Part shown: positions 24,801 through 36,800 of the stretch, in pieces
Position numbering within the stretch: the stretch's first letter is position 1
Layout of the letters: each line of letters opens with the position of its first letter
Assembly (NCBI GenBank): GCA_964234715.1
Contig: OZ174279.1
Source of the DNA: Podarcis melisellensis
Lineage: Eukaryota
Length of the DNA stretch: 64,000 nt
Direction: 5' to 3' (one strand)
Position numbers and translations under genes: made by a program
The notes under the pieces: generated by a model
The model's input: only the letters and a program-made list of their open reading frames with translations
Told to the model about the DNA's origin: nothing
The model's database searches: none

Positions 24801-27800
24801 AATGGCTAAAGGCCTGGGTAAGGTGAATATTTTTCCTTGGTGCCTAAAGACATGTAATGATTGCGCCAGGCAAGCCTCTCTTGGGAGCATTCAACAGTCG
24901 GGGAGCCACCACTTAAGACTGCAAAGGGCTATAGAATTACAAGTGAGATCTGCAGCAAAATGTTGGAGTGGTTATGTTTGGGTTTTAGTTACTCCACTCC
25001 CTTTTCTCCCCCACCCACAGCAGTCCACATTCCACACATACTCAGTCTTCACTGGACTAGTTTCTAGGGTATTCTCCCTTTTAGGGTCCTCCCCTCTTTT
25101 GTACTTCTGCACCCTGTAGAATTTACCCTGTCTTCTGATACTTCCCTCATATGCATGGCTCTTTTGGCTATGCCAAGAATGGCACTCAGAAAATTGAATT
25201 AGATGTTAGAGGATGATTCTAATTCTGTAGTGATAAAGAGTTTTAGCAAGTATCCTCTAAATTCTGGTTACTGTTGTGTAGTTAGGTAGGCTGTATTGCA
25301 TTTTTGATTATGTGGTCTATTTATTTATTTTGGAATTCCAGGTTGTATGTTGTCCTCAAAGAATGAAAGTGAAAATTGGTACTACCATGTTTGAATATAA
25401 CATTCTTAGAATGAATGTTGAACCATTCTCTTTCCTCACCTTGTATCACAACACCTTCAGCACTACCATCCTAGTCTGTCTCCCATTATGTCAAAAACAG
25501 TGTTAGAAACTAAGATATGAAAGCTAGGAGCTAAATGGCACCTTAAGGTTATGGGCGCAACAATGGAATGTCTAGGCATGCTTTTTAAATAAGAATACAA
25601 AGCTGAAAATGAAGAAATCTTAAAATATTTCTGAAGTATTACATACATTTTTCACACGGTCTAGTCCTTCCCCTGCCCACCCCTCTAATATTCTTAAGAG
25701 GGTCTCTTCTACAGTCTTCAGAGAGTAGCTGGAAGTGGGGAGGCAGAAAAAGGTCCTCCTTTCCTTCTACTCTGCTGTTTTAATCTGAAATCTTAGGCAC
25801 AGTATTGCACCCTGAACTCAGAAGCTGCTTGCATTAATGAAATTCCCTGTTGCAAAATGCGCCTAGAACAAAGGGAGTTTTGAACACTGGTCACAAATGG
25901 AAAACCTAGTTTACAAACAGAATCAAACTGTGTCTTAAGGGTTAATAAACTAGAGTCCCCCACTTTAAGCATAATGAGAAACTGGTTTAAACAGACCAGG
26001 ATTGAGGCACCAAGCCAGCATGCAAATGGGGTGAGTGGGAAGTGTACAGTTAAAATGCTCACTCTACCTTAATAAATAGTTAATTCAACCAGAGATATTA
26101 GGACTAATAACGCCTTCAATGTTTATTGATAAGTAAGTGTTTTATAAACTGGCTATGCTTTATGTCTCTTAAGCTTACTGCTTTAAGTGGTCAATTTTGA
26201 ATGTATTCAGGACTGCTTGACCTTTACAGAACAATTATACTAATGAACAGAATTCATTTTTAGTGCCGATAAAGTTGAAGATAGTGCAAAATCTTTGGAT
26301 GAAATCAAGAAAAAGGTATGGCTAGAGTTGTTCATTTGTGTGGTTGGGGAGGGGGCATTATTACCATATGCAGATGATAGTACTGTGTATCAAATAGTAT
26401 ATTTTGCTCAGCAGTACATTTGGGAGCTGGTCACTTCTCCACCCATTCTTGTGATACCTTCCCTACTTGTAGAGAAAATTGGAACAGCCCACACCTTTAT
26501 CAATATAGCAGTTACTGCACATTGCAAAATGCTGTGGCTACAGTGAATAGGCACTGTGTCCTATGGAAGTGTGCAGGGAATGAATTTTAACTACATGATG
26601 GCTAGCCAGTTAACGAGTGCCTAATTGCAAGCATTTTCTTGGTTGTCTTTTCTGCTTTAGCTTCAACTCTCACTGCCTTTTCTCTATTGATACGAATTTA
26701 TACATGATAAATTCCTTTCTTTCCCACTTTATGTAAACTCCTTATTGTTTTCTGAACAGCCTTTCAATTTCTTGTCATTTTAAAATGACAGTAAGTGTAT
26801 TCTGCTGTTCTTGCTGAAGCTGTTGCCTCTTGTAACTAGTGAATACTACTACATTTATGGTATCTCAAAATACCATTTATTCTGTTCTGTAAAAAGACTG
26901 TGTGGGCGACATGACCATCAAGACACGTAATGACTTTAATATTTCTACCATAGTCTTCAATATTACCCTTGACTTTGATCCTTCTTACACTGCAGTCCAA
27001 ACTTCTCTTGCCAGTGGGGTTTCAGTAGCAGTGGGGCCACTCCTTGAAAATTTATTTAGGGGAATATATCATGGAGAGCTGATTGATGTAAAGTGGAACT
27101 TCCTGAAATTCAGCTGAAGTCTGCCTGACTATGGTAGAACTCTACATGCGATCTAATACTCAGGAGGGCTCTCCATCTTCTGGAGATTCACTGCAAGGGG
27201 GGAAGGAGTGAACAGGAACCATTAGTTCCATTAACTTCCTTTCATTAACTCACCTTCTTCTTCTTTACATGATTTAAGTATTTTAGATCACTGAAACAGG
27301 TTAATACAGTAGTTGCATATCTGCTTAGTAAGCAAGCAAAATAATTTGTTTACAATAGGAAAATTTATCTATGAATACCAGCAAAACAGAAGAGCAGGGC
27401 AAGAAAACTATGTATTCTGATCTTACTACATTGGAGCTGAAGAAAAATATGAAAATAGTGGTAAGTTCTGCTTTCAACCCGTTGTTTTGTTTTGTGTGTA
27501 TTTTGCACTCTTTATCCTGCCCACCCTCCACCACAAGGTGGCAAACAACAAAGAGCAAACCTTTTTTTAACTTTAAAAAGTGTGTGTGTGTTTTGATTGC
27601 TGATTAGAAAGCGAATGCTTTCATTTTCTTCCCTATATAACCTAAATCAAGAGTGGGGAACTTGACCCAGCAGGTGGGACCCTTTCTTTCTGCAGTCCAG
27701 CTTTGACAGAAGGAAGGCAACAGCCACCTGTCAATCACCTGACATCACTGCAATGCCAGGTGACTACTTAAAAGAGGCTGTCATCAGCAACCATCTGATC

Positions 27801-30800
27801 AAAAGGAAGTTTTCAGTACCAAAGTGGATGGGTGCAGAGAGCAATCCCCTTTGAACTATGTAAGCCAGTAGGATCAAAACTGCTCCGCTAACTGTTCTAG
27901 GGAATTCCTGGGAGCTGATCCCATTTTTACCTGCCCCACACCTGGTAGCTGCAGTCAGGACAAATCATTGTCTGCACCCACCCAGCCTAGCCACCAGCAG
28001 GTAACCGGCAGTGATGCTGACTGATGACATGTAGCATTGTAGACAATCTTATTGCTATATGGCTTTCTTTCTATTTAGGGAACAGTAACACAGTTCTATA
28101 ATCCAAGTGAATTCTACATTCAAGTCAAATCTCCAGAAGTTCTAAGTAATATTAATAAGCTTAGTGTGAAATTGAAAGATTACGATGGAATTAACCAAGG
28201 TGAATACATTCCTGCCAAAGGTGAAGTCAGTGTTGGACAATATACCCTGGATCAGGTAACTTAATCATCAAATGGACTCAAGGACCAGTTGGTTTGTGGT
28301 TGGCTGTCCAAGAGAACCTGCAGCCAGCAACTTATCATCGTTGATTTATAGAAAGTATAAATTGAGATATGTACTTAAGTCTTGTTTGTGTATGTGTAAC
28401 TGAATTGAGCAGCGCTGTATAACTTTGCCAAAGTGAGAGGTGGTTGGCAATATAATTCTATGCCAGTTATTTGCTCCAGATTTTCCTTTGCTGGATAAAG
28501 GTGATGAAAGTTGTTGGGGCACTTGAATAAATTATGCCTGGGAATTTTCATCAGGGCAAGATGGTTTTTCTGAAGTAACATTTTAAATTTTATAATGGGT
28601 TATGTCACCTGAGATCTGTCACATAGGTCAAATGTTTTTAAATATCACAAACTAAACTAAAATGGTAATAAAAGTGCAGTTTAAATGCTGTAGGATTGTT
28701 CAGTAGCTTCAAATGACACTCCCACAGGCATACAATAAAGTACAAGTAGAGGGATGAAGGGACGCGGTGGCACTGTGGGTTAAACCACAGAGCCTAGGGC
28801 TTGCCGATCAGAAGGTCGGCGGTTCAAATCCCTGCGATGGGGTGAGCTCCTGTTGCTCGGTCCCAGCTCCTGCCCACCTAGCAGTTCAAAAGCACATCAA
28901 AGTGCAAGTAGATAAATAGACTCCAGCGGGAAGGTAAACAGCGTTTCCATGCGCTGCTCTGATTCGCCAGAAGTTGCTTAGTCATGCTGGCCACATGACC
29001 CGGAAGCTGTACGCCAGCTCCCTCAGCCAGTAAAGCGAGATAAGCACCACAACCCCAGAGTCGTTCGCAACTGGACCTAATGGTCAGGGGTCCATTTAAC
29101 TTTAGAGGGATGAAGCCAAGGGCTGTTTTTTAAAATCTTCCTCTTGGTTGTTATCTGTTAAGTATGACAGTTCACAACAAACACAAAATAATGGGTGTTT
29201 TTCCTGTGATGTCACTAGTACTAATATTTAGAACAATAAAAGGAAAGAAACTGGTAAAACCTTCCCAGTACTCTCAAAAACTTCAGAAAATCTATACATG
29301 CAAAGGTAGATGAAAAAGCTCTGAACAGAATTATAGTAAACCCTTGGGGTGGGATTTAATATTTTAAAATTCTGTGGCACCCTAGGATATGCTGTGAAAA
29401 CAATACTTTTGACAAATCTGTACTTCTGTGAGCTTTACTTTGAGTCCATCAACCATCTGCCTGCGGGTAACTGCTAGTAACTGTTGGAAAATAAATGTAC
29501 ACAGTAGGTGTTTGGGGCATAGGGGCTGTTGGAATCTGAAGACATGATAAATATTTTGGCTTGGGTTAAAACTAGCATTTGTGAGGCAGCATTATAGAAA
29601 GATAAAAACTACACACACGTGGGAGTTGGATCAGTTTAGGTGACTAGGGAGTGGACAATAAATATTTGGGATGTGTTGCAACCATTGTGTTTCCCATCTC
29701 TGCTTGTGCAGTTCTAATAGTTGTATCATCTGAAGATATAATAGTCTGCACTATTGACATTGGTTGCCATATTTCAAAAAGTGAAAATCCGGACATAAAT
29801 GTTGTTGAGCTTTTCCCTCCAAAATCTCAAAAAAGAGTTTTTAAAGGTTTTTTTTTATGAAATTTGCCAAAACCTACAATGCCAACGTGGGTGTCCCGTA
29901 TGTTTGGATTTCCCCAGACATTTCATTGATTTCTGCCCAGACTCTGTTATTGAGAGCTGAATACCAACTGTGTCCGGAAAATTCTAGACTTATGGCAACC
30001 CTAACTTCACACACACAGGTGTAATAACCTAGTGCAAATGTAGGGTAAATCTGTAATTCTGTAGCAGTAAGATAAAAACACCTGTGTTTTGGATTACTAG
30101 TAAGATGTGAACTGTAATAAATCAAGTATTAATGAATTAGCAGCTCATGGTAGAATTGTTTGACTAACTAGTATCTCGGTTAAACTGAACATTTTCAGTT
30201 CAGCACAATTACAGTCGTCTCCATTCCCTGCAGAAAATGAACTAATCATAGTAAGTCCAGTGCATTATTCTGTTTTCTAAATTACATCTGATACTAGCTT
30301 AAAAGCACAAAAATGTATTGAAGGACCTGGTATTAAAATTGCCATTGTAGTTGTTCAACTGTTAAGGTCAAGAAAAATCATTTTTCTTCTTAAAAAAGAA
30401 TAATAAATCATAATGTAAAATAACTTGTTCATGTTCAGACCTGGTACAGAGTGCTTATAAAAGAGGTGGATATCCTTAAGAAGAGTGCTCTGGTTTTATA
30501 TATTGATTATGGAAATGGAGAGAATTTACCACTAAATAGAATTAAACGATTGCACCAAGATATTGCGCACATTCCACCCTGTGTAAGTATAAGTTTACAC
30601 AATGCACCTTTACCACAGATATTTAGAGTGTCAAGAATACAGACCTGTGTATGCAAATGCTAAAGTGTGTTGAGACAAATAATTTGCCAGAATGTTGTTA
30701 TTACTAACTACTAGAGACTCCAAAACTGGCGTCTTGACTAAGACGCAAACGAAAATCTTAAATGGCCAACATGCATATGTTTGAAGGACATGTGCACACA

Positions 30801-33800
30801 TGGCCATAAAGACCAGCAGTAAGCCAGACATCCTTACAGTGTGTTTTGTTTTTGCTTTGCTTTCAGGCCATTAAATGTTGTGTTGCTAATGTCCTCCCAA
30901 ATGAAGAAAAATGGAATGCAAACTGCAGCAAAGCTATTGCTCCATTTCTTATAGGAAAGTGCTGCTCATTCACTGTTGTTGATGTTTTGGTGGATGAGAT
31001 GCCCTATTTTGCTGTAGATGTTGTATTGGCAGATTCTGGTAAGTTTCATTAACAGTAATATTCTTTGTTGAATGAATTGTTAATTAAGCATTGATGGTTA
31101 ACTAGAAGGATGCTCACCGAATACTTCAATTGTGATAAAAGCAGATCTTGGGGTGGATGAGTCATTGCACAGTGATTGTATGTCATTCCCTACATATCAG
31201 GGAAGACTTGGTTCAGTCATGGACTGACCAATAACTAATTGCTCAGTCATGCTTGCCTCAGATCCTCGGTGGGCCTGGTGACACCAGTGAGTACCAAGAA
31301 ATAGTACAAAAAAGTGCTGCCTGAAAAGCCTGGCACCATGTCTCTGTTTATATGTGCAGATTTTTTTGTAAGCTACTTTGAGGACCTATTGGGACTATAA
31401 AGTGGGATACAAGTATAAGTAAATAAAATTGAAGTGCATCTGACCCTGTATATAACTTGGAGAGGTGCTGTTAGTCAGTCAGTATTGGGTTAAATGAGCT
31501 AGTGGTCAGACTTGGAAACAGATTCATAAGTTTGGAGTGCTTTATTTTTTTCTTGTTTGACCGAACCCCTGGGTAATATGTCAGTGCCCAGAACCAAAGC
31601 ATTGGAGACAAAAAACTGTTTTGAGAAGTAGCTGCTCATATTGACTTGGCATAATTTACAAGAGATGAGTGTAGTGGACTCTAGCTTTTTGGCAGAATGT
31701 TTGTGTGCATGGCAGATTCCTTTTTACTAGTCTTTGTGAAGCTGTCATTCCATCAATTTATCTGTAATACTGTATGTGTAGTAGGCCTATTTACAGTAGT
31801 AAATAGAGATTTAGAAATTTAGAGATAAATTTGGTAGATCTGATGTATTTCAGTTGACAGTGATTTGTTTTTGAATGGATATTAACAAATGTGTATGTTT
31901 CAGGTAAACACTTACATGAAATACTCTTGGAAATTGGATGCTGTTTAAATTCAAAGAGTAGGAGTAGCAACAAGGAAAACTCAGTTACTGGTGAGTCCTT
32001 ATCGTTTTATTTAATTCATCTTGATTAATATCTTTATGAAAGCAAGGCACCTTTAAGCATGCACTTGCTAAAGATACTAAAATCGGTTTATTCTTATTGG
32101 TGCAAAATGTGTGTCATCTTTATGAGGCTTTGGAGTGTAGTCATAAGTTTACAGGTGCATTACAGCTGGGTTATCCAGGTCCAAAGGGCTGTTTTTGCTT
32201 TAATTTGGAGGGTTGAGTTGCCAGAATCTTGGACTGTAACACTTGAGGATATGGAAGATGCAGTGCCTCACACTAGAGGTCATCCTAATGGGCACTGGAG
32301 GAAAGGGAGTTGGCTCTATTTGTGCTATATTGAGCTTGCCTTTCTAGTAATAGCTCCAAATGGGATAAAATTTAACGTAAAGCTGTACCTGTGGGTTGCT
32401 TCCTCGGTCCTTAGCCTTTGAGCAGAGATACAGCTTCAAGAGGATCTGGTGGTTCTGTGGCTCCTTCAAGCTGTGCTCGTGGTGTCCTAGTTCACACGAG
32501 AGGTAGTGCATTATTGAGAGTCTTCTGAGTCTCATTTTGTTTATTACTACTATAGATGGATGAATGTGTCTATGAATGATATTCTGCATTCTCTTAAGGA
32601 TGATAAGTTTTTTAAATTGCTATTTAATACCAGTAAAACCTGCAACTCCGGTTTTGATAATAGATTATTTTTTCATAGGTTCTACTGTGGAAAAGATTTC
32701 TATTCAGGAAAAGAAGCTTGAGCATAAAGGACTGGATCATAGTGGCTGTCAAACTCGCAAGGTTATCTTGCCATCTATAGGAGATAAATTTTTGGGCATG
32801 GTTGCCCACATACAGACACCAGGAGATTTCTTTTGTCAGCAGATGGGAAATGGCTGTAAGTCCTTGTTTTTAGTTAAATTAAAATGTAAACATGTATGCA
32901 GGAGTAGCATTTGAATATGTAACAGAACTTTAAAAATGTCAGGAAGCGGTGAGGTGTTGAGTTTTTTTGCATTGAAATGGGAGATTAATACTTAACATCA
33001 CTCTTAATTTATAGCTTCTAGTTTGCACTTTATAATCCACAGCATGCCTAGACTTTCTGTGTAACCTCCAAACAACCAACAATATTCAAATGACAGCATT
33101 TGCTGGCAAATGAAAGTACAACACTTTTATATTGCTTGTGGTTTGGGGACATTTTGGTTTTTTATTTAACAATTTCCACATAAATACCTGTTTTGTCAGG
33201 CAAACTTACTGAGCTTCAAGTATCCCTGGGTGAATACTGCGACACAATCTCTGCTACCCCAGATTTCTGCCCAGCAGTAGGAGACTTGTGTTGTGCGCAG
33301 TTTACAGGTAAATATTACTTGTTGATTATGGTGATTCGCTGTTGTTTGCCTATATCTAACAGAGTTCACATGCTCAAGCCCATGGAAATCTGTGGGCTTA
33401 AGTATGCCTCTAGTGAGTGGTTCTTTACAGAATGCAAGAGGACAAGTCCCTGTCATAGGAGTGTGCAGCCCACATGGCGAAACTTTATGGGCAAAATGGG
33501 AACATAAAAGGTGCCTTATGCCAAATTAGACCATCAGTCCTACTAGCTCAGTATTGTCTCAGTGACTGACAGCAGTTGTTCAGGATTTCACAAGTCTTTT
33601 TCAGTTGTAGCTAGAGATGCCAGGGATTGAACCTATATTCTTTGCCACTGAGCTGCAGCCCTTCCCTTAAGTTTTGAAGAGGTTTTTGTAGGAAGTAAGA
33701 GTGCTGGTACAAGCATAACGGACAGCAGGGGGGAAAGGACAGTCGTTTGAGGAAGCCAGGTGTCTTCAGGCAGCTGAGAGTGGTAGAACTGGAAGGGTAA

Positions 33801-36800
33801 CAGTTGTGGGTGAGGATATATTGGTATATGAAAAGAGCTATAATGGGACAAGGCTATGGAGGGCTTTGAAGATAAAGCTGAGGAACTTGTGCTAGATCTG
33901 TGTAGAGCTCTGATGAATGATGTTCTGTGTCAGAGTAACAAGAGGTCACTTTTTTTGGGGAGAGAGACGAGACAACAGAAGACCGGAAATGAAGGTTGAA
34001 GAAGTCAAGGAAAGATATTACTAGAATGTGAACCAGAATGCTTGCCAAAGGGGTAGAGAGGAAAGGCTGTATCTTCACAATGTTGTAAAGTGACATGGCT
34101 TCAACAGACAAAGTAATGTGGAAGGAAAACGGTTGAACATGAAGGCTTTGTGCCTGTTCAGCAGGTTGGATGTTGCAAGTTGGGTAAAGAGAGTATTCAA
34201 GGAAAGAAGAGCTTTGGATGAAATATGAGTTTAGTCTTCAGCATACTGGGAGAAATTCAGTGTAGGGCTAAAGAGATTGTTCCATCTGGCAAGCTGAAAT
34301 ACTTCTGCTGATGGAACAATCTTCCCTCTTCTCCTATGTGCAGTTCTGTGTATCCTCCAGACCTACCAACCTACTGTACCAATTTGGGTGGGAGCGAAAA
34401 GCTCTGTTGCACTAATGGAAGACCTTGTGCTGCCTTCTGCTAGTGAGATTCATTAGTTGAATCCAACCCACTAAGTTTCAGGCAGTGTTAAAACATCAGA
34501 TTATAAATAACAAAAGAGACAGTTGGAGATGTGAATTTGGGTAGAGGGAGAAAAGTCTAAAGTACATGGTAGAGCTGGGTGAAATCTGCACTGAATATTA
34601 TAGGATTGAAAGAAGTTGCCCAGGGGCAATGTAGAACAGTATTCTTCAGCCTTGGGTCCCCAGATGTTTGAGCAGACTGAAAAGCAGTGGTATAGGGCAG
34701 GCTTCTCAAATCGGGAGCCCTCCAGATATTTTGGAGTGCAGCTGCATTCAACCCTGAACAATTGTCATGGGAGTTGTAGTCCAAAACATCTGGAGGGATT
34801 GTGGGGGAAGGCTGGCATGGAGAGAGCCCAGCTATGAGACAACAACAGGTCCATGAAAAATGCCAGCACAGAAGGGAAAACCAGAGTAAGTGTGCCCACT
34901 TTTTGGAGCCACTGAAGGAACAATCTAGTAGGAAGAAAAACATCTAAAGTCAGAATCATGGAGACCTAGATCATTGTGAGTTGAGCAGGAGTGAATGGTC
35001 AGCGGTTTCAAAGGCAGCAGGCGAGTCAAGAAGCAAGAGGACTGGAGAGTAGATAAAGGATAGCTTGCAAGTGTAGATAAGCCTGTACTAATTTAAAGGA
35101 CCGTTGAGGTATTTATCGAAGATGAGGTCTTGGTTCTTTCTGTTGATTTACATAGGTAGTTTTGGGGCCTTTCCAGCATTTTTACCCATATGCAGAAATT
35201 GGAGGCTCAGTTCTTCAATAGTTTTTTGTTGTGTTTTTTTAATTCACACTTTGTTGACCTAATGGCCAGTGTCTGGCATTTTATATACAACCAGAGCATA
35301 CCAGAGCATTTTTCACTTGATCTTGGACTTGTAAGTCATTAAAAGTATTACATGGTCGTTGGCACTTTTGCTCTTTTTACAGAAGCAGTAGGATCCCTAT
35401 TGGCCCTAGATTGCAACATCCTTTGGGACTGGGGACCTTTGCAAATCTGTGCCCCTGATGTTTTCTAAAGTAGCATGTGTACTGCTGTGCAGGGAAGAAC
35501 TAGTTTGGCTAGAATTGGCTCAGATTTCTACTCCCACAATGAAAGCCACCACTTGTGTACAGCAGTTGCAGTAAAAATCAGTATGTAGCATGGGGTTGTT
35601 AGTCGTATAATTTTTACATGACAAATGTATTTTTATCTTCCAGAAGACAAACAGTGGTACCGTGCATCGGTTTTGTCCTACATCTCAGAGAAAACTGCTC
35701 TAGTGGGCTATGTAGATTATGGTAACATAGAAGTCCTTCCATTAAATAAACTTCGGCCAATCATTCCAAAATTAATGGAGTTACCAGTACAGGCTATAAA
35801 ATGCACCTTAGCAGGTATGAAACAGAATGACTAAATACATCTGGAGAATAGCACACACATTTTTTTTGCAACTTAGTGAGGGAAACAAAGAGATTAACCT
35901 GTGGAGACAAAATGGAAATTGAAGCTGTGCCATAAAATTTGTACCAGGTACAGCTTCTGAATTTAGATACAGAATCATCCCAGTTACAGATAGGTAGCCG
36001 TGTTGGTTTGCCATAGTCAAAACAAAAATTTCCTTCCAGTAGCACCTTAAAGACCAACCAGGTTAGTTCTTGGTATGAGCTTTCGTGTGCATGCACACTT
36101 CTTCAGATACCTGTAAGAAGTGTGCATGCACACGAAAGCTCATACCAAGAACTAACTTAGTTGGTCTTTAAGGTGCTACTGGATAGAATCATCCCAATTA
36201 GGCATCAATATGATGCAACCTGCACCAGGCAGATTGGAGATTCCTTTGGAAGTGTTGTGATAGGAAATAAAGTTGTCTGTATATTGATTACTGTATTAAC
36301 TCCTTTTATTTAAAGCCTACCATTAAAAGCTTGCTGTGTCTGAGGCTCATAGTATGAAATACTTAACATAGTTCAAATTATTCTTTTTCCTAGAGTTGGC
36401 AGCTTTGTGATATTCTCTAGCCCTACCTTATTCATATTGGGTTTTGGATTGTCACTGACCTGGTAGTCCTAACTATGCCAGTCAATGGCCCAGAGCTGTG
36501 TTCTCCCTGAGCAGACTTGTCTGACACTTCTTGCAAACATTGTGGGAGGCACAGCAGCAGAAAAGGCAAAACGTTAGTAGCCATTTGGTGCTTCCCCAGA
36601 GGCAACAAAAGCTCTTGGGTCAACACTGCATAGATATTAGTAAAGCCTCTTCTGATAACAAAGGAACATTTTTGTGCCATTTTGTTGTTTTGGGAATATG
36701 AAATAGAGAATTATGTGTGGGGTATGCAGATAATTGGTTACCTGATCGAAAATGTTAGAAATATACTTTTATTGCTGATGGACTTATATCATTACAAAGA

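Noticed and set aside
28760-28840. tRNA gene
   Set aside because: The A/B boxes belong to a SINE head; no full cloverleaf. The same applies to ~33600-33666 and ~50400-50460.
36111-36147. Plus-strand hammerhead as an active ribozyme
   Set aside because: Core reads CUGUAAGA and the 5' strand of stem I is absent.
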